64,000 bases of DNA from NCBI RefSeq assembly GCF_018350175.1, contig NC_058368.1:8308001-8372000 (forward strand), read 5' to 3'. Shown one piece after another: positions 52,183-64,000 of this stretch (positions are counted from its first letter, which is position 1; each line of letters opens with the position of its first letter). Source of the stretch: Felis catus. Lineage: Eukaryota. The translations under genes and the position numbers were made by a program. The notes below the pieces were generated by a model. That model saw only the letters and a list, made by a program, of their open reading frames with translations. It was not told where the DNA came from and did not search any database.

Positions 52183-52490
52183 CAGCTGACTCTGGAACAG
52201 TGCAGGGGTGAGGGGCATTAATCCCCCATGCAGTTGAAAATCCACATATTACTTGATATGGTAATTACTTGACAAATAGCCTACCATTGACTAGAAGCCT
52301 TACTGATAAGAACTACGGCATATTTTGTATATTTATTATTTATATGTGTTATGTACAATAAAATAAGCTAGAGAACAGAAAATTTTATGAAGAAAATTGT
52401 AAGGAAAATACATTTACAGTACTGTATTGAAAAAAATTGTACATGAGTGGACCCACACAGGGCAAACCCATGTTGTTCAAGGGTCAACTG
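52183..52490. mobile_element. Tigger2a-like MITE (Tc1/mariner-pogo)
   Basis: TIRs CAGCTGACTCTGGAACA / TGTTCAAGGGTCAACTG flanked by TA on both sides. Confidence 0.9.
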
Positions 52491-52879
52491 TATAAGCTGA
52501 TATTTCTTATGAATATAGATGCACAAATCTGTAACAAAATACTAGCAAACTGAAGCCAGCAACATATAGAAAGGTTTACATGCCGTGACCAAGTGGGATT
52601 TATCTGAGGAATCCAAGATTGGCTTAACGTATGAAAACCACTGCAATGTACCTTATTAATAGGATAAGTACAAAAACTTCATAATCATCTTGATAGGCAT
52701 AGCAGAAGCACCTAACAAATGCCAAAAGCACTTCATGATGAAAGCATTCACAAAACTAGGAAGAGAAGGAAACTTCCTTGAGTTGATGAAAGGCATTTAC
52801 CGAAACCCCATAACTAACATAGTACTTAATGGTGAGGGATTGAATGCATTCCCCTAAGATAAGGAACAAGATGAGGATT

Positions 52880-52939
52880 CCTTCTTTTTTCTTTTTAATT
52901 TTAGGGAGAGAGGAGAATGCTATCAGGGGAGGGGACCAT

Positions 52940-52988
<49 letters not shown>

Positions 52989-53110
52989 CCTAAGCAGGCT
53001 CCATGCTCAGTGCAGAGCCCAACACAGGACTTGATCCCATCACCCTGGCATCACTATCTGAGCTGAAATCAAGAGTTGGAGGTTCAACCGATTGAGCCAC
53101 CCAGGCACCT
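52880..53110 (-). mobile_element. Can-SINE with (GA)n
   Basis: Reverse head GAGCCACCCAGGCACC. Confidence 0.9.
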
Positions 53111-53241
53111 CCCATTTTTTTGCATTTATTGAATATTTTTTCAGAGGTTCTAGCCAAGGCAATTAGGCAAGGAAAAGAAATAAAAGGCATTCAGATTAGA
53201 AAGGAAGAGGTAAAACTATTTTGGTTTGCAGATGACATGAT

Positions 53242-53452
53242 TTTTAAAAAATATTTTATGTTTATCTTTCATCTAAATTTAGTTATTTAACATGCAGTGC
53301 AATAATGGTTTCAAGAGTAGAATTCAGTGATTCATCACATTCAACACCAGGGCTCATCAGAATAAATGCCCTCCTTAATACCCATCACCCATCTAGCCCA
53401 TCTTCCACCCACCTCCCTCCATAAACCCTGAGTTTGTTCTCTGTCATTGAGT
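53242..53452 (-). mobile_element. Short carnivore L1 3' tail
   Basis: TSD AGATGACATGAT (53230-53241, 53453-53464). Confidence 0.88.
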
Positions 53453-55334
53453 AGATGACATGATCTTATACATAGAAAATCCTAAGGACTACACACACAC
53501 ACACACACTTAGAGCTAATAAGTTCAAGGTTGCAGCATATAAGATCAATAAACAAAAATCAGTTTTATATATTTGCAGTGAGCAATTTGAAAATGAAATA
53601 AAATTCCCTTTACGGTAGCATCAAAAAATAAAATACTTAGGGATAAATTTAACAAAAAGCATTCAAAACTTGTACACCCAAAACTACAAAACATCACTGA
53701 AAGAAGTAAAAGATAAATAAGTGGAAAGACATCCTGTCTTCATGGATTGGAAGACAATTTGTCAAGATGGTGGTGCTCCCCAAATTGATCCATAGTTTCA
53801 GTGCAACTCATGTCAAAATCCCAGTTGCCTTTTGAGCAGAAATTGACAAGCTGATCCTGAAATTTATATGGAAACATAAGAGACTCAGAAGAGCCAGAAC
53901 AATCTTGAAAAAGCAAAACAAAGTTCAAGGACTTGCATTTCCTGTTTTTAAAAGTTACTACAAAGTTACAGTGATAAAGATAATGTGGTATTGACATTAA
54001 TACCATCTTGTAGATCAGTGGTATAAAATTGAGAGTCCCGGAATAAGCCTTTACAGTGATCATTGATTTTCAACGAGGGTGTCAGGACAATTTGGTGGAA
54101 AAAGAGTAGTCATTTTAACAAATGGTTCTGGAATAACTATATATCCACATTCAAAAGAATGGAGTTGGATTCTATTTTACACTACATACAACAATTAACC
54201 CGAAATAGCTCATTGACCTAAATGCCAGAGCTAAAACAGACCAACAAAAACTCATGGAAGAAAAGAGGAGTAAATCTTCATGATCTTGGATTAGGCAATG
54301 AATGGTTTCTTGGATACAACATCAAAAGCACAAGTGACAAAAGAAATATATAAGTTGGGTTTCATAAAAATTAAAAACTTTTGTTCTTTAGAGAATATCA
54401 TTAAGGAAGAAAACATACAGCCCATAGAATGGGACAAAAATTTTGCAAAACATATACCCAATAAGGAACTTGTATATGAAATATATGAAGAATGTTTACA
54501 ACTTGATAACATAAAGACAAATAACTAAAAAGTTGAGCAAAGGACTTGAGTTGACATTTCTCCAGAGAAGTCATACTTATGGCTAATAAGCATATGAAAA
54601 GGTGGTCAACATTATGGGTTTAGGAAGATAGAAAAAGAAAGCACAATGAGATATCACTATGCACTCACTAACATGGCTAACAAAAAATACAAGTAACAAC
54701 AAGTGCTGGTAAAGATATGAAAACTTTGGAATCCTGATACGCTTCTGGTAGGACAGTGAAATGGTGCAGCCACTTTGGAAAACAGTTGCTAGTTACTCAA
54801 ATTAAAGACATAGAGCTACAATATCACCCAGCAATTCCATCCTAAGCATATACTCAAGAGAATTAAAATTTTATATCCACATAGAAATGTGTATATCAAT
54901 GTGCACCTAATATCCCCAACTGGATACAATTCCAGTACCTGTTAACTGATGAATTGATAAACAAATAGGGCATATTCATATAATAGAATATTATTCATCC
55001 ATAAAAAGGAATGAAATACTGATAGACGATACAACATGGGTGAATTTTGAAAATGTTTAACTGGCAGAAGACAGACACAAAAGGCCACATATTTTGTGAT
55101 TCCATTTGTATCAAATATCCATAATGGGCCAATTTACACAGAAAATAGATGGTTGTGAGGGGTGGGAATAAGGAAGGTGGTATATCTGCTGATGGGGTCG
55201 AGGTTTCTTGGGGGGTAATGAAAATGTCCTAGAATTTGATAGTGGCAATAGTTAAACAACTTATGTATGTATTAAAACTACTGAATTGTGTCCTTTAAAA
55301 TGGTGAATTTTGTGGTACGTGAATTACATGACAA

Positions 55335-55440
55335 CAAAGCCGTTACTTAAACGATTATTCATCTTGATTACGGAGTTTTTCAGTTTCCCTTAAATTATGT
55401 GCCCGAGGCAAATGTTTTGCCTCTGCCTAGTCCTGGCCCC
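55335..55440. mobile_element. Right end of the MER96B-like MITE
   Basis: ATCTTGATTACGGAGTTTT..CCCTTAAATTATGTGCCCGAGGC..CCTAGTCCTGGCCCC. Confidence 0.7.
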
Positions 55441-55747
55441 ACTTTTCTCTACTGGCCTTTGCCTCAGAATACATAAGATAGCCATATTGGAAGATTAAAG
55501 ACCTTAGGAGTTACATGTGGAGAACCAACAGTTGATGGTGGAGGCGAACTCCAATGAGTTGATAGAATTCTGAAAGCAACATTCTGTGAGTCTTTTAATG
55601 TAGGAGAAACCTCTTTATGTCCAGCAGGGCCAGGCTATGTGACACTGCAGTGTGGTCTTGGATGTCTGTGCTCTGTAATCACTAGGAAAAGTTAGCATCC
55701 TCTTAACAGATTTATTAGTAAGGAAGAGAAAGGCTGTACTTCCTAGA

Positions 55748-56032
55748 GTAGCACTATTCAATGGAAATGTAATGTGAGCTACATATGTATTTTACATTTT
55801 CTAGTAGCCACATTAAAAAGATAAAAAGAAACACATGAAATTAATTTTAACACATTTAGCCAGATATATTCAAAATATTATTTTAACATGTTAAATATCT
55901 TACATTCTTTTGTCATGCTGAATCTTCAAGATCACGTGTGTATTTTAAACTTATAGCACGTTCCAGTTCAGACTAGCCATATTTCAAGTGTCCAGTAGAA
56001 ACACGTGGCTAAGTGGCTACTGTATTAATAGT
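55748..56032. mobile_element. hAT-Charlie MITE (MER33-like)
   Basis: TTTTCTAGTAGCCACATTAAAAAG...GACTAGCCATATTTCAAGTG...GTGGCTACTGTATT. Confidence 0.8.
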
Positions 56033-57469
56033 TACGGAGTTTTTATAAAATCAGATTCAAGAGACACAGTGTGGTGTACTGCCTTTGAGTTGCATCCAGG
56101 TTCAAATTCTGGTTTTGGCTCTAACACTGTATTTATTCCTAAAACATTTATTGATATCTGTTCTTGAAAAGGTATATAGCCCATATCCATGAGCTACATG
56201 TAATAGTGGGGAGAAGTAAAGTCTTACTTTATTGTTATGACTGCTACATTGAAGGAAGTAGTCAGTTCTACTTGGGTAGGGGCCGGTGGTGGTCAGGAAG
56301 GGCTTCATAAAGAGGTGAAGGTCGAGCTTCATCTTGGAACATGAGGTAGATGAAGGGCAAAGGCAGAGTCGGGGAGGCTTAAAATAGCACTGCCCAGGAA
56401 ATTGCTTACTTCTAAGCAATTGGTTCAGCTAGAGTGTGGATGTGAATGGGTGGCTGAAGGAGTGGTGTGGTTGAGGTAGAGTTAGGGACCATGTGTTTGG
56501 AGGGTACCTGAAAAGGAGTTTAGAATACATCCCATATTAGGCAGTGGGCACCACCAAAGAGCTTGAAAAAGGAAGTCACAGGTGACATCTGTTCTTTGTC
56601 ACTTGACCTTTCAGACCTGCCCCTCCGTCACCTCTTTGCAAAACTGGGATCCTGAAATTTAGAGAGTTGCCATGAAGATTAAATGTAACATGTCTGATGG
56701 TCCAGCCCAGACTCTTGAATTGAGAGACTGCCTCTCTGGTAGTTTCCATCTGTTGCCCCAGCACATGAAGTGGCTGTGCTCCAGTGTACCCAGGGAAAGC
56801 TTTCCAAAAAAATAAACTCTTGAAATTCGAGAGTAAGTCTCCGGGTGCTGTCCAGGAATTTCTGTGTAAAAAATTCCCTCAGTGATTATTGTGTAACCAC
56901 CTGTTCCTGTTTTGCACACTAGTGTGCAGAGTTTACTTTCCCAGCCAGTTTGTTGTGATTGTTTTTGTGCTTTGAATATGGTATATCTTAGTTAATGGTT
57001 ATTTCATGTGTTCCTCCATAGTTTTGGATGTGGTTTTGATCAAACGTTCTCATTGCCATGTAGTATTCCATTGTGTGCTAAACTGCAATAAATACTTGGT
57101 TATATCAGTTATGAGTTGAACACAGTTGGTTTTTCCAAGAATATTGTTCTGACTCAAACCAAATTTATAAGCATCTGTCTGATAATAGATATGTACACCA
57201 GCTCCTCAACTTTATGTCCTATTGTTTAAAAATATTGTCTGTACCTCAAAAGTCAAGATCAAATCGATGCACTTTCTCAATTTGAAAACTATGCTTCGGG
57301 ATTTTGTGTTCTTTGCTCACTCTAAAAACGAATCATTCTGTGTGGGGAGGGTATGGTTGTTTGCAACTTTTGTGTTCATTTTGTCCTTTTATATGAATTC
57401 AAAAAATATTTCTCTGTTATTTTTACCTACCATTCTAACTAAGTTTAGCATTCACTTTCTTTGTAAAAG

Positions 57470-58650
57470 TTTTTATTCAAGTATAATTAGCATACAGTGT
57501 TGTATTAGTTTCAGGTGTACAATATAATGATTCATCAATTCTATACATTTCTCAGTGCTCATCAAGATGAATGTACTCTTTTTAAAAATTTTTTTGGAGA
57601 GAGAGAGAGCATACAAGAGAGCATGAGCAGGGAGAGGGGGAGAGAGAATTTTAAGTCGGCTCCACACCAGGTGTGGAACGCAATATGGGGCTCGATCTCA
57701 TGACCATGATGAGATCATGGCCTGAGTTGAAATCAAGAGTTGGGCACTTAACTGACTGAGCCACTCAGGTGCCCCAAAATGAATGTACTCTTAATCCCTT
57801 TCAGAGGTTTCACCCATCCCACCGTCCCCTCAATAACTTCCCCTCTGGCAACCACCAGTAAGTTCTCTGTATTTAAGAGTCTTTTTCTGTCTCTTTTTTC
57901 TTTTATTCATTTTTTTTTTGTTTCTTAAATTCCACATATGAGTGAAATCACGTGGTATTTCTTTCTCTGATTGACTTGTTTCACGTAGCATTATACCCTG
58001 GAGTTCCTTCCATGTTGTTGCAAATGACAAGATTTTATTCCTTTTTTATGGCTGAGTAATATTCCCGTGTGTGTGTGTGTGTATACATATATATATGTAT
58101 ATGTACATATATGTACATATATGTACATATATATATGTATATGTATACTTATCACATTTTCTTTACTCATTTATCTATCGATGGACCCTGGGTTGCTTCA
58201 ATATCTTGGCTATTGTAAATACTGCTGCAGTAAACATAGAAATGGATATATCTTTTCAAATTAGTATTCCCATTTTCTTTGGGTAAATACCCAGTAGTAG
58301 AGTTACTAGATCATATGGTAATTCTTTTTTTAATTTTTTGGGGAACCTCGATGCTGTTTTCCACAGTGGCTGTACCAGTTTGCATTCCCACCAACAGTGC
58401 ACGAGTTCCCTTTTCTCTGCTTCCTTGCCAACACTTGTTGTCTCTTGTGTTTTTTGTTTTAGCCATTCTGAGAGGTGTGGGGTGATATCTCATCATGGCT
58501 TTGATTTGCATTTCCCTGATGATTAGTGTGGTTAAGCATCTTTTTACGTGTCTGTTGGCCATCTGCGTGTGTCTTTAGAAAAACGTCTTCTATTCATGTC
58601 CTCTGCCCGTTTTTAAATTGGATTGTTTATTTTTTGGTGTTGAGCTGCAT
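57470..58650 (-). mobile_element. Carnivore L1 3' fragment containing a SINE and a (TA/CA)n tract
   Basis: ORF2-end peptide [21 protein letters not shown]... on the - strand; 3'UTR end at ~57470. Confidence 0.9.
57585..57776 (-). mobile_element. Can-SINE
   Basis: TSD ATGAATGTACTCTT. Confidence 0.92.
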
Positions 58651-59364
58651 ACAGAGTCCTTTTACATAGGACTCTAAGGCCTTAGGTAACACCTGCTCCC
58701 CTTGTCTTTTGTGTCAGCTTCCCAGTTTTGCTGCCTGGTGATGTTCTGCAGACCTTGCTCTGATCTCAGTGATCATTACCAGTGGCCTAGGCTCCTCTGT
58801 GTGAGGTTGACCAGTTGGTTCTTAGGCAGCCTCTGACTCTTCACAGAGTGACTTTGCTTAGTTACTACTGGGTAGCTTCCACACGTGTATGTATAGTCTC
58901 CACAGACCTTTGCTAGCTCTCCTTACCTACGTTCACACTCTTGCTCGATCGCTTTATTAACGTAATGTTCTTTTCTAACCGTCTTTCATAATGGGCAGTG
59001 CCGTTCCAACTGGTTTATTAATTCCAGCCTGTGATATTTGCAGTAGCTCTTTATCTGTAGCCATACCTATAATAATAGTAATGATTTCCTTTTTCTGTTA
59101 TTGTTGGTGCCGTCATTTAGCTATTGCCATCATTAACACATTTGCCTTCAACATTATAGTGGTCCACAGTAGATTGCATATCTCTGTTTCAGAGGGAAAG
59201 TCAGTGCTAGAACAGTGAACAGTGCCTCTGAATGTAGGATAGACTCTCCATGCATTTTCTGTCCTGGTCTTACGTGTTTTGAAATTCTGATTGGATATGA
59301 ACAAAACAATAGGCTCCACCTGGCATGTCATCTGGGACTCTGTAGTAAGAATGCTGATTTTTAA

Positions 59365-59588
59365 AAAATGTTTGTTTATTTATTTATTTTGAGAGAGAGA
59401 GATTGGCCGAGAGAGAAGGAAAGAGAGAATCCCAAGCAGGCTCCGTGCTGTCAGTGCAGAGCCCAACGTGGGGCTTGAGCTCATGACCCTGAGATCATGG
59501 TGTGAGCTGAAATCAAGTCAGACGCTTAATCAACTCAGCCCGAAATCAAGAGTCAGACGCTTAATCAGCTCAGCCACCCAGGTGCCCC
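59365..59588 (-). mobile_element. Can-SINE with internal duplication
   Basis: TSD AAGAATGCTGAT. Confidence 0.93.
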
Positions 59589-61308
59589 AAGAATGCTGAT
59601 CTTGACCTTACACCTTTTCTTCAGATAGTTAATTTTCAAAAGCAAGGGAATGTGAAATAGATAAACGGTACTAAGAAGAGGTTAAAAAGTTTATTTTGCA
59701 ACCGGCTGCTTGTTCATGCAACAAAACAAAACAAAGCAGTTTATGGTAGGCTGCTCATTAACAGGTCTCCCCGTAGGAGGGAAAATCAGTTAAACCATTT
59801 CTGCTCCATCTCAGAAGAAAATACATCGTATGAACAGGAAACTTTTTGTATCGGGGGTATCCACGTGGCCTCTCTTCTGTTGGGTTTTAGTTCCAACGGT
59901 GTTGTGCGTGCCCTACATTACGTCCCTTGTGTCGGGGGTCGCTTGTGGTGATGGGGTGCTGGTGTTCGTAGCAGCGGTGGGACTGGTGGTTGTGGCAGCT
60001 CCTGAGATAGATGGGTTGCTGAATATATTAGACGAGTGAACGTCTCCTTCATTCCATCCCGACGTGGACCTGTTTAATTTTCTCAGTCTCGTGTGATGCT
60101 TGCTGCCATGTCAGGGCTGGATCAGTGAGTGGGCAGCCCTCTGCTTTCCTCCCCACCTTGTTCCTCACTTACTCTGACTTGCCCTTTGGCCTGCCCTGCT
60201 TAGAGATCTGCGTTCTTACTGTCTCCCTTTGCCTTCCAGCCCTCAGCTGTCCTCTCTGCCACACACTCTTGGAAAAGACTCTTGATGTTGCAAGGAGGAA
60301 GCTGAGAGGGAGTCGGCAGTAAGTAAATAGACTGGGTGGGAAGAAAGAATCGAGGAGGTTCGCTCAGGCCCTTCCAAATGCTGGAGGCAATTCACTTGTT
60401 ACCTCTCTGGTGCGACGAAGGTGTTAGGTGGGAGTGGAAACAGTTAATACCCAAACCATGGACGCTGCTTAGGAAAATGATGTGTGCCGAGCAAAAGGTA
60501 GTTTTGAAGATTTAGTTGTTTTCCGGTCCTTTTTTTTTGACTTAGAAAAATGATGACGTTGTCATTTTTGAGGTAAACGGTGGTTGGACATCACCAACTT
60601 TCTATGGCTGAAGCTTATAATAGCAGGCATTCTGTGGCATCTACTGAAGTAGCATCTGGGAGGAAAATTTGTATTTTTTCTACCACCTAAAACTAATCTT
60701 GCTGGATAATTTAGAGAGGAAAGTAATTTTTGCTGTTTTTTTTTTAAATACAGTTTAATTAGATTTAATTAGTACTGTTAATATTGTGGGATTCATAGTT
60801 CTCTAGTTCTTTATTTTTTTTCTGAATAAGAACAAAGTAAGAATAACAAGGTATAGATTTGGTGCCATTTAAGAAAATCAGGAACTACCAAACAGACATA
60901 ATTATTCATGTATCAGAGGTATTCTTCCCCTGACAAAAGCCAAGTCTTAAGTCTGTAAGATACTTCATTTATATGGTGTATTTAAGAATCAGTTTTTAGA
61001 TCATTAACTACTTGAGGGGTTAAGATAGAAGGAAAATTGAAGTAATGTAATTCACTGAGGATTAATCTGAAAATAAGGTTAAGTATCTCTAAAATCCCAG
61101 ACCCAGCCAATGGAAAAATGGTTAAGTTCATGAAACAGCTCCACTTATGAAGAGTTTTGTTAGTGGTACAATTACTGCATGGATTCAAGCCCTCCTGAAC
61201 TAACTTTATTTTTCAGGGAGAAGAAGTATTATAACGAAGTAACTGGTTATGCTTTTCTATTTCTGTGTCCTTCCTTCTAAGTGTTCACCTCTCTTTTGCT
61301 TTTTTAAG

Positions 61309-61381
61309 GTTTCCACACCTGGACCGTCAACTAAGGCAGATTGTCACCAATGGCAGTAAAACTCGTTTTCTGGAGGTCAGG
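61309..61381 (+). other. Candidate 73-nt internal exon (possibly 5'UTR)
   Basis: Long pyrimidine tract then AAG| acceptor; donor AGG|GTGAGT; lies in a repeat-poor block. Confidence 0.45.
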
Positions 61382-62659
61382 GTGAGTTTGTGTGGCCCTC
61401 TACTTGATTTAGTATTTCGTTCAGCTTGGGTTCCTGGCACTCAAAGTAAACAGTGATAAGTTTTTGGTGGATATTATTAATGACAAAAGTCAATTAAAAT
61501 GAATTCTGCTATGAAAGCTTGATTTTGCTTTTTTTTAAAATGTTAGGAATCTTTTCAGACATTGATGAAACTCAAGTTCAAGCAACATGTTTTGTTAACG
61601 TTATTAAATTTGTGGCACGTGCTTACAACGGATATCTTTTTCCTAGCGGTAATTAATCTCGCACAAAAGGTTATCGTGTTATTGTTAACATGTGTTTAGT
61701 AATATCAGTTGACAGAAGTAGGACAAGGGGATGCAATTGGTACTTAGGGGCTTGCTTTGAGGGGAGGATGTGCTTGATCGCTGAGGTTATTGAGAGAGAA
61801 AGCCCAGATTGGGGGCGGGGGAGAAAGTTAATGCAGTGCAAACAGAGTTTATGAAACCAAGAGCAGATGCTTTAGTGAACAGCCAAGACCACAGAAAGTT
61901 TAAAATGTTTGAGAGGAGCTATTCCGAGGGCTGCTGCTGGCCCATATGGCATTTTGTGCAAATTAGACAATGGCACCTCTTCCACAGACATTTTACTTCC
62001 ATGTGATGGAAAATTGTCGAACTATACTGATTTTTACAACAAGACACTTTCTTGCCATATGCTGGAAAATTGCAATATAAATAATCAAACTACCCATCTT
62101 TAAACCATCGGTGTTGCAACAAAGATGCACAGTTTTTGAAATCGTAGAGATGCTAATGATGTGATCGGTGGCCTCTTAAACGTGGTGAACTTGCACAGTA
62201 CACAACTTGAACAGATGCCAGGCTGGCTTTGCTTTGTTGGGATTTAATTCAGGGTAGACTCTAAGGAGGGAAACTTTTTATTAATTCTGGTCATTGGGGC
62301 AGAGGATAGAAACAACAGTGTGGGGTATGGCTTTCACTGGACACTTGGGTAGCATGAAAGAAACTTGTTAGAAGGACAGTAGCTTCTATAGGTTTGGAGG
62401 CCAGAAGGGTAGCCTGAGCTTTCTAGGGGTAAAACTAGGAAAGGAAAACCTCAACTTTTATGTTTTAAATCAAATTTATGCGTGAGTTCCTGAGACTTAG
62501 TGATATAGAGTGTATATTTTCAGAGTGCCAACCTTACTCAAGCGGGCTTTATTCTGTAGATCACCACCTCTGTGATGGGCTTATTCTGAAAGACTATTTA
62601 AACTTGAGTGTTTTGTCCCAGTGAAAGGGAGCTACTTTCAAAATGTTGAGGGTGTTCAT

Positions 62660-62850
62660 GGAGCACCTGGGTGGCTCAGTCAGTTGGGCAGCCAATTCTT
62701 GATTTTGACTCAGGTCATGATCTCATGGTTTCTTGGGTTTGAGCCCCACATCAGGCTCTGTACTGACAGTGTGGAGCCTGCTTGGGATTCTCTCTTGCCT
62801 TCTCTCTGCCCTCCTCCCCCACCCTCCAAATAAGTAAATAAACTTTAAAA
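62660..62850 (+). mobile_element. Can-SINE
   Basis: TSD ATGTTGAGGGTGTTCA. Confidence 0.93.
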
Positions 62851-63478
62851 AGATGTTGAGGGTGTTCAAAATGGATGGATGGCTCTTCCCTGCTTAACAA
62901 TTTTTTTATTATTATTTTTTCTGCTTAACCAATTTTTAAATTAATCTTCCGATGAGACAAAAAGCTGTGAAGTTGTTGTTAATGGGTAGATAGCGATTGA
63001 TAAATACAGGGTAAGGAGGATGCAGCAGTATTTTAGGACAGCAGGTGGAGAATGTGGCTGATGACTGATGTGTTAAAGAACAGATCCGGGAAAAAAACTT
63101 AATGCAGTGCTGATAGGTGGCAGTGGTTGCAGGAGTGGTCAGGGTGGTGGTGACAGCCGCCATAATGTTGATGACTCCTGTGAGGGAGGACATGGAAGGA
63201 AAGGATGCCAGGCCATGGAAACAAAACATATGGCCTAAGAAGAAGCTTCGGCATCCTTAATGCTGATGACAGAATTGATTAGAGGGAAATTCAAGGAGCT
63301 CCTCTTTGTGGAATGCCAAGTTAGTTTTCTTATTGTATCACTTATCCGTCCCCTCCTCCCCCAAAGGACACCACCTTACATTAAGAATGACAATAAAGAG
63401 ACCTTAGAGAGTAGTTCTAATTCCAGTGAATGTTGATGTTTATCTCCCATACCCCAGCTCATGGCCCTCATTGCTTTC

Positions 63479-63481
<3 letters not shown>

Positions 63482-63530
<49 letters not shown>
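63482..63530. repeat. (TG)n microsatellite
   Basis: Direct reading. Confidence 0.98.
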
Positions 63531-63535
<5 letters not shown>

Positions 63536-63689
63536 GTGGGGTTGATACTCTGGGTACTGAAGCAGAGGAACACATGGTCAATTCAGAGAACCATTTAGGT
63601 GATTTAGGGGAGAGGCCCTGGTGTTGTTTACATGTGAAACCTCTCTCCCCCACCCCTGCCACATATACATGATCTATGTTTTAAAATAT

Positions 63690-63897
63690 TTTTTAAATGT
63701 TTATTTATGTTTGAGAGAGACAGAGACAGAATGCGAGTGGGTTAGGGGCAGAGAGAGAGGGAGACACAGAATCAGAAGCAGGCTCCAGGCTCCGAGCTGT
63801 CAGCACAGAGGCTGACGCGGGGCTCGAACTCACGAGGCATGAGATCGTGACCTGAGCCAAAGTTGGACGCTCAACCGACTGAGCCACCCAGGTGCCC
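63690..63897 (-). mobile_element. Can-SINE (SINEC_Fc)
   Basis: TSD TACATGATCTATGTTTTAAA. Confidence 0.95.
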
Positions 63898-64000
63898 GTA
63901 CATGATCTATGTTTTAAAGAAAGGTATTTTGAGGATGTATTTGTTTTTAATGAGTGGAGGGTGCAGAAGGAAGTGGGAAAGCGGATAAGGGAGGCTTATA

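Larger units (their letters stand above)
46070..55330 (+). mobile_element. Ancient long L1 (L1M/L1MB-like): 5' region, ORF1, ORF2 and 3'UTR remnants with many nested inserts
   Basis: Collinear ORF1 end (CAAGAATTCTATATGCAGCAAAACTGTCCTTC), ORF2 start (AATGTAAATGGACTAAAC), RT motif TTTGCAGATGACATGAT, 3'UTR to ~55330. Confidence 0.85.

Noticed and set aside
1..64000. Prokaryotic-style system (CRISPR array, operon, defence island)
   Set aside because: The sequence is mammalian; no repeat-spacer arrays or dense coding regions

Overview
Mammalian genomic DNA, very likely felid (cat or relative), judged from about 27 Can-SINE (SINEC_Fc-type) copies and felid/carnivore-type L1s. I recognise no intact protein-coding exon. 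The only ORFs with recognisable protein similarity are decayed L1 ORF1/ORF2 pieces and a fossil ERVL dUTPase-like stretch. A strong CpG island (~38.8-39.9 kb) looks like the promoter of a + strand gene I cannot name. It has two candidate first-exon donors, and there is a candidate small exon at 61309-61381. The rest is repeat-rich (SINE, L1, L2, MIR, MaLR/ERV LTRs, hAT and Tigger elements). Repeat family names come from recalled consensus sequences and boundaries are approximate. I see no convincing evidence of a new biological system. The best oddities are: a 5'-intact but 3'-truncated, poly(A)-less L1 with a target-site duplication (TSD); a deeply nested transposon stack splitting a MITE; two locally templated duplications; a reused SINE target site; a tandem pair of CTCF-like motifs; and AG|GT motifs resembling recursive splice sites.
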